From: a virus
Taxonomy: Duplodnaviria > Caudoviricetes
Length of the DNA stretch: 64,000 nt
Virus record (IMG/VR): IMGVR_UViG_3300031994_000004
Direction: 5' to 3' (one strand)
The notes beneath the pieces are model-generated. The model was not told the DNA's origin. It ran no database searches and was given only the letters and a program-made list of their open reading frames with translations. Positions 9,259 through 20,087 of the stretch are shown here, one piece after another; within the stretch, counting starts at the first letter, position 1, and each line of letters starts with the position of its first letter. The position numbers and the translations under genes are program-made.

Positions 9259-10728
9259 ATGAGTAATTGGACGCAAAATACACCAGATAAAATAAATGAC
9301 CCTGTTTATGACCCATCAACCCACCAGTTCAAGAAAGGTTGGATTGACGGTCATCCACGTGGTGGTTATCCGGCTAATTATTTCTTCGCCGATACAATAC
9401 GTTCTGTTATTGTAGGTTTCGGTAATTTCTTTAATGACCTTTATGTTATTCGTTATGATGAAAAAGGCGAACCAATTAAGCAGATTCAGGTTCCTTTGAA
9501 ATATGGACCTAGAATGAAGTCCCACGATTTTAGAGTGGAACAAGAAAGTGGTAAGAAGTATTACATCCAATTACCTAATATGACTTACCGAATTGAGAAT
9601 ATAGCCTTTGCGTCTGACAGATACTCAGGTGCTGGTGAGTCAAGAGGTTTCTACAACAAATACTTTGAAGTAAATGGTATTGACTATTTAATGGCTAACA
9701 AGTTTTGGGCTGATGTTCACCCAGTTCCATATAATTTAACAATTACTATGGAAGCTAAAACAGAACATATATCTGATGCTAATCAGATTATGGAACAAAT
9801 TTTAGTTCGTTTCGCTCCTGAAGCATATTTTGATTTGAAGGAGTTTTGGTTTATTAACAAGCGCCGTTCTATTAAAATGAAGTGTGAAAGTTCTAATATA
9901 GAAATGTCACAAGATTTCGGTGAAGAAGATAAACGAGAAATTACTGTATCTTTTTCATTCAGTGTAGAAGCGTGGTTATATAAACCAATTAGAGAAACCT
10001 ATGTAATTGACGAAATTATTACCAAGCTCGGCGTAAATGGTGATAAAGATTACTGGAAAGAAAGAATGGCTGGTAACTATGATGGAAGTTTCGTTTCTCG
10101 CCACGATTTTGATTACCAGTTCGGTACAAAAATCGGCAGAGTTTCCGCTATGTTACCATTTACAGAACAACCTGCTCCAGTTTCTTCAACTAGCGGTTGG
10201 TTCTACGAATATAAGTATGAAGAATTACCAGATATTACCAATTATCCGACCGGAAGTAAACTTTTATTAACAAAAACTATCAGAAATGACGAAACCAGTG
10301 CCATATATTCAGGCATAAACCAGTATTTGACGTCCTCTGCTCAGCATGTGGCAGTAAGTTGGAATGACTACACCACAAACCCACTTGGAAAAATGGGTCC
10401 TTCGCTCAAGTACTGGCAAGTAACGGCAAATAGCGGTGACTGGCTACAAGGTAATTTAAAACCTGATGTAAATGGTGATAGAATTTACCAGATTTATTAT
10501 GACCCAAATTATGTAGTTACCCAAGGAACATTAAATCCTGACGGAACTGTAAAAGACGAAGGTGTTTACGGGGCAACCTTCATTTTGGAAAACAAAAATT
10601 TGAAGGGTTTCGGTGATTTCAGTGATAATCTATTCTTTGGAACAAAAGATGCTGAACTCAATGGAACAGTTGTTAAAGATGCTCCTTGGGTTTCTCAAGT
10701 TTCAACAGAAAATAACGAAATTATATAA
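9259..10728 (+). CDS. tail terminator/sheath stabiliser, T4 gp15-like, with C-terminal extension
   Basis: YFFADTIRSVIVGFGNFFNDL...IQVPLKYGP...LPNM...PVPYNL...QIMEQILVRF pattern typical of gp15. Confidence 0.8.
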   Translation: MSNWTQNTPDKINDPVYDPSTHQFKKGWIDGHPRGGYPANYFFADTIRSVIVGFGNFFNDLYVIRYDEKGEPIKQIQVPLKYGPRMKSHDFRVEQESGKKYYIQLPNMTYRIENIAFASDRYSGAGESRGFYNKYFEVNGIDYLMANKFWADVHPVPYNLTITMEAKTEHISDANQIMEQILVRFAPEAYFDLKEFWFINKRRSIKMKCESSNIEMSQDFGEEDKREITVSFSFSVEAWLYKPIRETYVIDEIITKLGVNGDKDYWKERMAGNYDGSFVSRHDFDYQFGTKIGRVSAMLPFTEQPAPVSSTSGWFYEYKYEELPDITNYPTGSKLLLTKTIRNDETSAIYSGINQYLTSSAQHVAVSWNDYTTNPLGKMGPSLKYWQVTANSGDWLQGNLKPDVNGDRIYQIYYDPNYVVTQGTLNPDGTVKDEGVYGATFILENKNLKGFGDFSDNLFFGTKDAELNGTVVKDAPWVSQVSTENNEII

Positions 10729-10754
10729 ATACTATAAAATGGAGTTTTTGAATT

Positions 10755-11594
10755 ATGGAAAATAGACAATCACAATTTATTGAAAAGATATTGAAAATCT
10801 TTACCAATGCCGGATTTGGTGTTGAGAAATTTGACGCAGGTACTTACGATATTGTAGACCGTTCTATTATTGGTAAAGCAAAAATTGGTTCTATCAAGGC
10901 TTTGGGTGATGGTAACTTGTCCGTTAAACTCGGTGGCGAATCAAAGAAGCACGGAAAATTTAATTCCTTAATGAAACATACTTCTTTGAAGGCTAAACCA
11001 ACAGCTAATGTTGCTACAGTCGCCAAAATGGTTAAGGATATGTTGCTTGATTATAAGAAAGCCAAAAAAGAAATTTATAAAGAATCGTATAATAAGTATA
11101 CAGTTCCTGCTATTACTCGTGATTCACTTGAAGGTGCGATAGATAGTTATTTAACAAAGGTCGCATTACTCAAAGAGAAGACTGATATAGAAGAAAACTA
11201 TGCTGATTTATTGACTTTTGTCGCTGACAAATTGTCTTTGACAGAAGATGCTTGCGAAGCTAAATATGGTGAAATTCTTGATTTGACATTGAACTATGAT
11301 GAAAGCAAGTTCAATAAGGCTATGGATAGTTTGTTTGAAGAAACCGAATTGAAGACAGACTTTAGAAATTTCCTTAGAGAAGCCGAAGAAAATGATTTAA
11401 TGACTGAAATCAAGAATGACAGAGCTTTGAAGGCTTTGAGAAATACTGACTATTACAAAAATTTGGATGAAGATGACAAATATCGTAAGTTGTGGAAATA
11501 CATTGTAGGCACCCACGGTTCAAAATTTTCACAGAGTGAAGATTTGGAAGATATTTGTAGAACCTTGGCACACGAAGATGATGAAAACTTTTAA
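10755..11594 (+). CDS. hypothetical late protein (acidic, possible head-associated)
   Basis: TATAAATA at 10724, GGAG RBS; FRNFLREAEE motif. Confidence 0.7.
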   Translation: MENRQSQFIEKILKIFTNAGFGVEKFDAGTYDIVDRSIIGKAKIGSIKALGDGNLSVKLGGESKKHGKFNSLMKHTSLKAKPTANVATVAKMVKDMLLDYKKAKKEIYKESYNKYTVPAITRDSLEGAIDSYLTKVALLKEKTDIEENYADLLTFVADKLSLTEDACEAKYGEILDLTLNYDESKFNKAMDSLFEETELKTDFRNFLREAEENDLMTEIKNDRALKALRNTDYYKNLDEDDKYRKLWKYIVGTHGSKFSQSEDLEDICRTLAHEDDENF

Positions 11595-11623
11595 TATAAA
11601 TAAAATAAAATTTAGGAGATAAT

Positions 11624-12013
11624 ATGGATTTCAAAAATTATTACCACAACAAATTGAACGAAGAAGGTGTTACAATGGATGGTTTGGATGCTGATGCTCC
11701 AAAGCCACAGCAACAGCCACAACAAGCTGCTCCACAAGGTAAGAGTGGCATTGTTACACAGTATGTAAATGGAACTTCTTTGAAGCTTGGCTTGCGTAAG
11801 CTCGGTGACGAAATAGGTGATGGTATCTTTGAATATGCTACAAAGCAGCTTGTTCAGCCAACAGACTTCAAATCCGAAGATGACTACATTAAGTATTGCC
11901 AGGAAATAAGAACCGGTGTTGCTGAAAAGTACAATAAGACCTTGTCTGATTTGCTTTCTCAAATTGGTTTGTTCATTGACAACAAGGTTCACAACGCTTG
12001 CCCTAATAAGTAA
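11624..12013 (+). CDS. hypothetical late protein
   Basis: TATAAATA at 11595, AGGAG RBS; N-terminus MDFKNYYHNKLNEE. Confidence 0.7.
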   Translation: MDFKNYYHNKLNEEGVTMDGLDADAPKPQQQPQQAAPQGKSGIVTQYVNGTSLKLGLRKLGDEIGDGIFEYATKQLVQPTDFKSEDDYIKYCQEIRTGVAEKYNKTLSDLLSQIGLFIDNKVHNACPNK

Positions 12014-12080
12014 GTTCTGTGTAAATTAAAAATTTGAAAGGTCCCTATATAAATGGGGACTTTTTCTATATTTGAATAGT

Positions 12081-12917
12081 ATGGCATATTGCGATTATAA
12101 CAATTTAAACATTTTAATTTATCAAAATTTGTGGAAAATTCCACAGGATATAGATTTGATAGTTTGTATTCCTAGAAGTGGAATGATTATAGGTACTATT
12201 ATATCAGAATATAGAAATGTACCTATTTGTACTATTAACGAATACATAAACAATGTTTCTACAATTAAAGGAACAAATCTATCACAGGCAAAACAATTTA
12301 ATTCAAAAGATACATATAAACATATTTTATTAGTGGACGATACTTGTAGTTCAGGTGGAACTATACTTAATGCTAAAAAGATTATACACGATTTTAATAA
12401 TGTTAAATTAACTACCTTCGCTGTGTTTGCTGAAAATGAAGGAAAGAATATAATTGACATTTATTTAACTGAAGCAAATTGGCCGCTATTTCCATACAGC
12501 GTTTTGAAATGTAGTCATTTTGAAAGTTGTTTTGATATAGATGGTATTTTTACAGAAGAAGTGCCAGCTAATATAGATGACGATGGAGAAAAATATATAA
12601 ACTTTATTACTACCCAAAGACCACTTTATATTCCGCAGTCGGAAGTACTATGTTTAGTTACTGGACGAATGGAGAAGTATAGAGAAATTACTGAAAAATG
12701 GTTAGCTGAACATAATGTAAAATATAAGAATTTGTTTATGTGTCCTGCCAAAACAAAAGAAGAAAGATTACAAATAAATCCAGCAAAATATAAAGCCGAA
12801 ATTTATAAGTATTATAAGGCTAATATATTTTTTGAGAGTAGTTTGTATGAAGCACAAATCATTAAACAAGAAACGAATAAACCTGTATTTTGTACAGAGA
12901 TAATGAATTTTATATAA
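12081..12917 (+). CDS. phosphoribosyltransferase-domain / HAD-domain fusion protein
   Basis: IPRSG and ILLVDDTCSSGGT (PRPP-binding motif); C-terminal FDIDG...LVTGR HAD motifs. Confidence 0.75.
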   Translation: MAYCDYNNLNILIYQNLWKIPQDIDLIVCIPRSGMIIGTIISEYRNVPICTINEYINNVSTIKGTNLSQAKQFNSKDTYKHILLVDDTCSSGGTILNAKKIIHDFNNVKLTTFAVFAENEGKNIIDIYLTEANWPLFPYSVLKCSHFESCFDIDGIFTEEVPANIDDDGEKYINFITTQRPLYIPQSEVLCLVTGRMEKYREITEKWLAEHNVKYKNLFMCPAKTKEERLQINPAKYKAEIYKYYKANIFFESSLYEAQIIKQETNKPVFCTEIMNFI

Positions 12918-12924
12918 ATACTAT

Positions 12925-13407
12925 ATGCGAACAAACAAAATAGATACAATATACTTGGATATGGACGGTGTCATTTGCGATTTCTGTGGTGCTTGCGAAG
13001 ATATTGATGCCATTGAACATTACAAAGTAGATTGGGAAAAAGTACATGCCGCTGGAATAGATTTTTGGGCTAATATGAAGTGGACTAAAGAAGGTGAACG
13101 CTTCTATAAGTGGCTTGAAAAATTCTGTGATGAAGAAGGTATTGACCTTTGTATTTTGTCACAGGTAAATTATAACGATGGTGTGAATGGTAAGATTGAA
13201 TGGCTTATGGCTAATACCAAAGTTCCAAATAAAAACATTTACATTGTCAAGACAGGTAAGGCAAAAGCAAAATTTGCGAATAGTTCTAGTTTGCTCATTG
13301 ACGATTTTGGAAAGAACATTGAATCTTTCGTGTTGGCAGGTGGTGTAGGGTTAAAATTTGAAAGCCCAGGACAATGCCGACAAGCACTATTACAGATTCT
13401 CGGGTAA
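12925..13407 (+). CDS. HAD-family 5'(3')-deoxyribonucleotidase-like protein
   Basis: YLDMDGVICDF, ILS, K..W, LLIDD motifs. Confidence 0.8.
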   Translation: MRTNKIDTIYLDMDGVICDFCGACEDIDAIEHYKVDWEKVHAAGIDFWANMKWTKEGERFYKWLEKFCDEEGIDLCILSQVNYNDGVNGKIEWLMANTKVPNKNIYIVKTGKAKAKFANSSSLLIDDFGKNIESFVLAGGVGLKFESPGQCRQALLQILG

Positions 13408-13427
13408 ACTCTACTCGGTTCGTGCGG

Positions 13428-13460
13428 AAAAGACCAGTATCCTTCGGGGTACTGGTTTTT
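13428..13460 (+). terminator. intrinsic terminator with cUUCGg tetraloop
   Basis: GACCAGTATCC-TTCG-GGGTACTGGTT plus T-run. Confidence 0.85.
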
Positions 13461-13488
13461 CTTTATAAATATAGTTGAGGTATTTAAT

Positions 13489-14088
13489 ATGGCAAGAGAA
13501 GCAACAAGTGCACACTTAGATTCAATGATACACGTTTATAATGGCGGTCCTTTAGATGGAACGACTGCTCGTTTGTATGTAACACCTTGGGATAGAAATA
13601 CAGTCGCCGATGGTTATTGGCAGACAGTTAATACAATTCAACCTTTAATTAACCGTGATATTTACTTGGCAGATGCTATTGATAAATTATCAACAAAGTA
13701 TATAAGATATATTGATGGTTGGGGTATTGATATATCTGCTAATGCTGATGGAACTCATACAATTTCTGTTGAACCAGATATTGATTTTGAGAATGTTCCT
13801 GTATATAATTTTGATAGTAAGTATTTTACAGTAAACAAAACTGGTAATACAGCTACAGTAGGATTTAATTTAGCATCTGATGGTTTCATTACTGCTGGTA
13901 ATGATGGAATTTATTGTAACATTGACAAGTTATTATATGAAACAATAAACACTACTTCCTTTTCTTCTATTACAGCTAATGTTGTAACAGCATATACTTA
14001 TGATTATAGTGTTACTTCATTAGATTTATCAGCTACAAATAAATTACCAATACCTTTAAATCCAGGAACAGTTTATTTAGTCGGATAA
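13489..14088 (+). CDS. tail/baseplate-associated protein
   Basis: Late promoter 13464; W.R.TV.DG.W....I.PL.NRD.YLA..ID motif shared with 14090 and 41765. Confidence 0.65.
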   Translation: MAREATSAHLDSMIHVYNGGPLDGTTARLYVTPWDRNTVADGYWQTVNTIQPLINRDIYLADAIDKLSTKYIRYIDGWGIDISANADGTHTISVEPDIDFENVPVYNFDSKYFTVNKTGNTATVGFNLASDGFITAGNDGIYCNIDKLLYETINTTSFSSITANVVTAYTYDYSVTSLDLSATNKLPIPLNPGTVYLVG

Positions 14089-14089
14089 T

Positions 14090-14902
14090 ATGAAGCAATT
14101 TGAACAAGATACAGTAACGCATTTGTATGAAAATGCCCATAGTGGTTTTTATGGTTCTGATAACTCAGCTACAGTTGATTTACTTCCTAAAACTTGGACT
14201 CGTTATACAGTAACAGATGGTGACTGGATGCAAAAAGAAACTATTGACCCACTTGTAAATCGTGATATTTACCTTGCAAATAAGATTGACGAATTGGATA
14301 ATTATTTTGGCAATCTTTATAGTGCAGGTAAACACATAAGCATTGACCGAAAGACTAATACAATTAGTTTAAATCCTTATGAATACGAATATGTATTTAC
14401 CAGTGGCATCTTATGTGATGAATATGCAGTTACTACTGATTTGCCAGAAATGTATGGTGGACTTACAAATAAATTAACTGTAGATGAAAATGGTGTTACA
14501 TATAATTATATACAAGGTTCGTCTTATATAGATAGTGCTTTGTCTGGCGAAATAGTTATTAGTGCTGGATTGATAAGTGCAATTCAATTTCCAATGGATA
14601 AAAACATTGTTTTGGTAACTTCTGCAATATATCAAATGGATAAAGATTATAGTGATTCCGGCGAATGGATAGAAGGTTATACTGAATTATATGATAGAGA
14701 ACAAGGTAAAAAAGTTTATAAAGAATATCACGGTGAAAGACCAGAACCAATTACGGCAGATGAACATATAATTGAAGAAAATGTATTTAACCCAAGTGAC
14801 TTTACTAATTTTAATCCACAAGAATTAACTGGTGGTAAAAATTATAATACAAAAACTGGCGAATCTTTCAACCCAACCGGTGTATTATACATTTACGATT
14901 AA
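14090..14902 (+). CDS. tail/baseplate-associated protein
   Basis: Same motif (WTRYTVTDGDWMQKETIDPLVNRDIYLANKID). Confidence 0.65.
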   Translation: MKQFEQDTVTHLYENAHSGFYGSDNSATVDLLPKTWTRYTVTDGDWMQKETIDPLVNRDIYLANKIDELDNYFGNLYSAGKHISIDRKTNTISLNPYEYEYVFTSGILCDEYAVTTDLPEMYGGLTNKLTVDENGVTYNYIQGSSYIDSALSGEIVISAGLISAIQFPMDKNIVLVTSAIYQMDKDYSDSGEWIEGYTELYDREQGKKVYKEYHGERPEPITADEHIIEENVFNPSDFTNFNPQELTGGKNYNTKTGESFNPTGVLYIYD

Positions 14903-14910
14903 AGGTTTAT

Positions 14911-16710
14911 ATGAAAAAGTATTACTACAAAAATGATGTTGGCGATGTTTATACAAATGACCCTAATGTATTTGATACCAATACAAAACCAATAACAGCT
15001 TGTTATAGTGGTAGATTTTACAGACACGGCATAGATAATGACCAGGTAAATACTTATAATTATGGTAATCATAGTCCTTGGTTTTGTATGAAAGATGGTA
15101 AATATCCGATTTATCATATAACATCGGCAAACCCACATTTTAATGATAGTACATTTAAAGGATTTAGAAAAATTTTTGATTTCACAGTTAGTAGTTTAAG
15201 TGGACAATACTTTTTAAATCCATCGGCAAGCACCACACCAACAAATGTTTATACGAATTATAGAGTTCCTTTTACAACTCCATATTTACAGAAACTTGAC
15301 TGGATTGTAGATAATGAGAATTTATTTGAAAATGTTAATATGCAAAGTGCTACAAAACTACAATGGAAAATGAAAACTGATTTAATTACTGAATTTCGTA
15401 CTTATACACAAGGACCAAATTCTTATAATGGTGATACAGATGGTTTCGTACTAAAAGTTAGTATGAGAGGTTCTAAAGCTATTAAAAATGATGTTCATGG
15501 CTATGATGTTGCTAATGGTAGAGATATTCTTACTTTGTCATATATGGATTTTACAAATGTAACTCCTACTGTAATTTGGCACGAGGAAACAAGTGGAATT
15601 AATGGAGAATTGAAAATACACGGCACTGAAAATAAACCTGGTGAATTTAGTGTTAATGTTCCACCACATTTTACATTAAATAAATCTGGATTCCCAACTG
15701 ATGCCACAGGTATTAAAATAAAAGTTGATGGTCTATTTTTACATTCTAATTTTACAAAAAATTCTTATTATTTCCCTGATGATGAATACATTAACAATAC
15801 AGCAACATTTAATGCCGGTATTAAAAGTACAAATTGTTTAGGTTTAATTTATCAGTCAAATGATAGTACAGAATGGCATTGGAATAATGATGCTTCTATT
15901 GACTATTTGAATAACAATTATTCTGCAACTTTTGAGTATGTCCCTGATGGTGTTGGAAACAAATTAAAAAATAAATATACAGTTAAAACAACAAATAGAA
16001 CTGATTGTTTGAATTATTGGTATTACCCAGAAAAGCAAGAATTGACTAACCAAGCATTTTGGAATAACATATTTGTTTATAGTGCTAATACTACTAATAC
16101 AGATTTATATTTATTTGAAGGAAAAACTGATAAAACTGATAGTGGATATATGTATATGTCCGGAGATAGTACTGCTACTTGGACTTCCGCTTTTGTTATA
16201 ACTAAAGTTGATGATGCTTACCATATTTCAAATTCTAACTTTTTAACAGCTAATGTTAATGAACAAATGACTAATATGGATGGAGAAACTGTTCCTTTCT
16301 CTGCTAATGATAGATTTATCATTTATTCTTCACCAGGAGCATTAAATGCAGATTCATATTATAAATGCAACACATATAGTTATTGGGAAGGTGTAACTTC
16401 TACAAATTATGACTACTTTTATTTATCTGCACTTACTTCAATTAACGATTCTTTAACATCATATATTACCGAAGCTAGAGATGGATGGAAATGGAATACA
16501 ACAGGTAATGCTCCAAGTAGAAATGATTTTACTGCTAATAATTATAATTTCTCAAACTGTACTATGGAATACACTATTCCTATATCAGATGTTACAAGTC
16601 AATACTTACATATTTCATATCCAATAACTACAGTTAATTGTGGACCTTATGGAAGTCAAAATAAAGGACTTGTACTAGAATACTCATTAACTTATGAATT
16701 CACAAAATAA
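14911..16710 (+). CDS. putative virion structural protein (N/T/Y-rich)
   Basis: 599 aa ORF in a late operon, beta-rich composition. Confidence 0.6.
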   Translation: MKKYYYKNDVGDVYTNDPNVFDTNTKPITACYSGRFYRHGIDNDQVNTYNYGNHSPWFCMKDGKYPIYHITSANPHFNDSTFKGFRKIFDFTVSSLSGQYFLNPSASTTPTNVYTNYRVPFTTPYLQKLDWIVDNENLFENVNMQSATKLQWKMKTDLITEFRTYTQGPNSYNGDTDGFVLKVSMRGSKAIKNDVHGYDVANGRDILTLSYMDFTNVTPTVIWHEETSGINGELKIHGTENKPGEFSVNVPPHFTLNKSGFPTDATGIKIKVDGLFLHSNFTKNSYYFPDDEYINNTATFNAGIKSTNCLGLIYQSNDSTEWHWNNDASIDYLNNNYSATFEYVPDGVGNKLKNKYTVKTTNRTDCLNYWYYPEKQELTNQAFWNNIFVYSANTTNTDLYLFEGKTDKTDSGYMYMSGDSTATWTSAFVITKVDDAYHISNSNFLTANVNEQMTNMDGETVPFSANDRFIIYSSPGALNADSYYKCNTYSYWEGVTSTNYDYFYLSALTSINDSLTSYITEARDGWKWNTTGNAPSRNDFTANNYNFSNCTMEYTIPISDVTSQYLHISYPITTVNCGPYGSQNKGLVLEYSLTYEFTK

Positions 16711-16820
16711 TTCAAAAATGGTCGCTTTTTAGCGACCTTTTCTTATAAATATAGAGATTATAATTTAATTTGTGAGTGAGTGATTTTATTATTAGGTTTA
16801 AAAATTAAAGAGGTAATTTT

Positions 16821-19800
16821 ATGGCAAAGTATTCCGTGCCAGGTATTCGTTTTACAGAAATAGACAATACCATTCGTTCTAACTCTTTACCAGGTTTGGG
16901 CATTGGTGCTATCGTAATGAAGTCCAATAAAGGTCCTGTAAACCAGAGAGTTTTGACAACATCTTATGACAATTTCACTGACATTTATGGTCAGCCCGAA
17001 AATCTTGACGATTACGGTCACTTCGCTGCCGAAAACTATTTGGCAATTTCTAACCAGTTGTTGACTGTTAGAACCACAATGGGTGATGAAGGCTATGCTC
17101 AGATTCAATACCCATATACCGATGCTGACTTGAAGGACACATATCTTTCTAAAGATACTTCTGAATTCAAATACATTAACAATGAAGATAATGCTAATTT
17201 GAAGTTGTTGGGTAATTTGAATGATGTTACTCAAGTTTCTGCTTTGACAACAAATTATGAATGGCTACCATTAAATCCTAATTTGTCTGCTGCATTTGGT
17301 GTTTATCAAAAAGCAGGTCACGCAACTATCGTAGACTTGATTAACGATAACCCACCAGCCGTTGCTGTATTCAAGAACATTGGTAATGGTGAAGTAGAAG
17401 CAGAAAACATTGAAACCAGTGCTGGTCAATATGTTAAGTTTGCTACTAAAGTAAATAGCAAGGGTGAAGTCGGAAAGTGGTATGACGATTTGATTTTCAC
17501 CGAATCTGCTTGGAGTGGCACACTTCCTGTATCTTCTATGCAGGTTTCTAATACTGCATTACAATATGTTATAACAGGTGATTCTGCTAAAAGTGGAACC
17601 ATTTTGAAAGGTTATAAGACAGTATTTAGTATTCCAGCTGAATATACATTGAACAATGAAGGAACAACATTGACTGCTTATTATAAGGAAGATAGTGATG
17701 TCATTTCTGCTTATAATGATTCTGCAGTAAGTGCTATTGACATCACAGCATTGTTTAATAATGATAACTTCTATAAAGGTTCTAAAGATAAAGAAGCTAA
17801 CCCTGACCAGGTTACAAATTCTAAAGGCGAACTCGTAGATTATGAAGAACCTACATATAGTGAAGACCCAGAAGATGCAGTAAAGATTCAATTCCGTGAC
17901 TGGGACGATTGTGTAAACAAGACTTACTATGTTTTGAAAGACGAATTTGAAGATTCTGTTGGTCAGTCTGTTGGTATTCAATACCGTGAATATGGTATGA
18001 ATACACTTCAAGAAGCTCTAGCTTCTCGTTATACAAATTCTCTTCCAAGTAAATATACCGGTAAAACTTCTACAACATTTGAAGTTGAATTTAAGGATTT
18101 GAGTAAATTAGCATCTGAAAAAGATGGATTTGCTAAAATTAACGAATTGGCAGACTCTTATGGATGTGACCCATCTGAATTGTTAACCGATAACAAGTAT
18201 GGTTTATTAACTTATTATGATGTCTGGGAAGGCATTGAATATGAATATACTTATGACGAAGATGGTAATGCTACTCAAGTTGCAATTCTTAATACTCCTG
18301 TAGAAAAGGTAATTTATAAGAAAGACTGGGAAGAATTCGTTTCTAAACACCCACAAGGTGATGTCGGTTATGACGAAAAATTGTTCTGGACAGTTGGTGA
18401 AAAGAACGCCAAGACCCCAACAACAATTTCAGTTTACACTGCTGACGAGCCAAATGGTGTAGTTATTCCTTGGCAAGAAAATACAAAGAAAGACGAAGAA
18501 GGCTCTGAATCAATTAACAAAATGGCTGCATTTGCTACTTCCGAAATCTTGAATGGAACAAACGAAAGATATAAGGATGGTTATACTGTTTCCATTGAAT
18601 CTGATGACGAACCAGGTAATGGTGACATAGAACAGTATGTTTCTAATAAGGCCAACCAGTTGATTATTGCTTCTATTGGTCCTGGTGAATATGGTAATGA
18701 CATTGGTGTTTCCATTATCACTCCTGAATGTGCTGAAATCCCAGCATTGAACCATCAGAATGCTTTCATGTGGAAGTATAAGTATGACGATGAAGACCAA
18801 GTTGATAATGATGAAGTTGACCAGGATACTTTGACTTGGAAGAAGGTCTATCGTATCAACGTCTATGTAAAGACCAAATCACAGACTGCTGAAGCAGCTT
18901 GGGGAACTGGTATGGATGCACTCTTGAAGGACCCAGCTGAATCTTGGTTTGTATCTAATGACCCAACTGCTAAGGACTCCGAAGGTAATTCTTTGTATGC
19001 TCCTAACGTCATTAACGGTCACTCTGATTACATTTATGTTTCTCGTAATTCCGTAAACGAAGCAAGAACCGGTGCTGGTACCTATGCTATGCCACATCAG
19101 ACCTTCGCTATCTATGGATTGACTGGTGGTTCTAACTCAAAGAAGAACAATGTAACAGAAAAGATTGCTGGCTTGAAACTTTATGCTGACAGACAGAAGG
19201 CCGATTTTGACATCTTGTTCAACGTAGATGCTATTGACACATTCAATGGTAAACAGAGATACTCTGCTCTCCAGAGAAAGATTGCCGAAATTGCTGCTAG
19301 CAGAACTATTGACATTGGTGTAGTTCAGGTAACTTCAAGAGAAGCTAAATCTGTTAAGAGAATGCTTGGTGAAGCTAAAATGTTCTCCTTCAACAATGGT
19401 ACTTATGTTGCTGAATATGCTGGCTATGACAAGTATTACAATGGTACACTTGCATCTTGGATTTACTTGCCTAAGTCTATTGCTGGTGCTTGCCGTATGG
19501 CTTACTGTGATATGACTGCATATCCTTGGTTCGCTCCTGCAGGCGTTCAGCGTGGTAACATCACTTATACCAACGGTCCATTAACTCGTTTGACTGATGA
19601 TGAAATTGGTCAGTTGTATAACATCAATGTCAATACTTCTAGAGATTGTGGTGGCTTTGGTGAATGCTTATACGGACAAAAGACTGCTTTGAAGAAAGAA
19701 AGTGCTTTGAACAGAATCAATGTTCGTAGATGTTTGAACTACATTGAAAAGGTTCTTGAAAATATGATGCTCCCTTACTTGTTCCAGCAGAACACTGCTA

Positions 19801-20021
19801 ATACAAGAAGTGCTGCTAGAAACTCTATTGACGCTTTCTTGAACCGTGTTCAAGCTGCAGAAGGTGTGGAACAATACTCTTTGAGTGTTACACAAGATAA
19901 CGAAGACCCACACATTATGAATGTTGCTATTCGTATCGTTCCTGCTGAAGCTATTGAATTCATTGATGTTAAGATTACTGTTGATAGAAATACTGGTGTT
20001 ATTACTAGCGAAGCTATGTAA
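16821..20021 (+). CDS. contractile tail sheath protein, T4 gp18-like, with large insertion
   Basis: MAKYSVPGIRFTEID, KGPVNQ, PGEYGNDI, PWFAPAG..RG, GQKT......LNRINVRR, P.EAIEFI motifs. Confidence 0.95.
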   Translation: MAKYSVPGIRFTEIDNTIRSNSLPGLGIGAIVMKSNKGPVNQRVLTTSYDNFTDIYGQPENLDDYGHFAAENYLAISNQLLTVRTTMGDEGYAQIQYPYTDADLKDTYLSKDTSEFKYINNEDNANLKLLGNLNDVTQVSALTTNYEWLPLNPNLSAAFGVYQKAGHATIVDLINDNPPAVAVFKNIGNGEVEAENIETSAGQYVKFATKVNSKGEVGKWYDDLIFTESAWSGTLPVSSMQVSNTALQYVITGDSAKSGTILKGYKTVFSIPAEYTLNNEGTTLTAYYKEDSDVISAYNDSAVSAIDITALFNNDNFYKGSKDKEANPDQVTNSKGELVDYEEPTYSEDPEDAVKIQFRDWDDCVNKTYYVLKDEFEDSVGQSVGIQYREYGMNTLQEALASRYTNSLPSKYTGKTSTTFEVEFKDLSKLASEKDGFAKINELADSYGCDPSELLTDNKYGLLTYYDVWEGIEYEYTYDEDGNATQVAILNTPVEKVIYKKDWEEFVSKHPQGDVGYDEKLFWTVGEKNAKTPTTISVYTADEPNGVVIPWQENTKKDEEGSESINKMAAFATSEILNGTNERYKDGYTVSIESDDEPGNGDIEQYVSNKANQLIIASIGPGEYGNDIGVSIITPECAEIPALNHQNAFMWKYKYDDEDQVDNDEVDQDTLTWKKVYRINVYVKTKSQTAEAAWGTGMDALLKDPAESWFVSNDPTAKDSEGNSLYAPNVINGHSDYIYVSRNSVNEARTGAGTYAMPHQTFAIYGLTGGSNSKKNNVTEKIAGLKLYADRQKADFDILFNVDAIDTFNGKQRYSALQRKIAEIAASRTIDIGVVQVTSREAKSVKRMLGEAKMFSFNNGTYVAEYAGYDKYYNGTLASWIYLPKSIAGACRMAYCDMTAYPWFAPAGVQRGNITYTNGPLTRLTDDEIGQLYNINVNTSRDCGGFGECLYGQKTALKKESALNRINVRRCLNYIEKVLENMMLPYLFQQNTANTRSAARNSIDAFLNRVQAAEGVEQYSLSVTQDNEDPHIMNVAIRIVPAEAIEFIDVKITVDRNTGVITSEAM

Positions 20022-20045
20022 CACAAATTCAATAACAAATTAACA

Positions 20046-20072
20046 AAAGGACCGAGTAAAATCGGTCCTTTT
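20046..20072 (+). terminator. intrinsic terminator
   Basis: AAAGGACCGA-GTAAAA-TCGGTCCTTT. Confidence 0.8.
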
Positions 20073-20087
20073 CTCTATAAATAGATT

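Noticed and set aside
16887-20038. Antisense and alternate-frame ORFs within the sheath and other long genes
   Set aside because: Shadow ORFs of well-supported genes with no RBS or motifs; the same applies to most short overlapping ORFs in the track.
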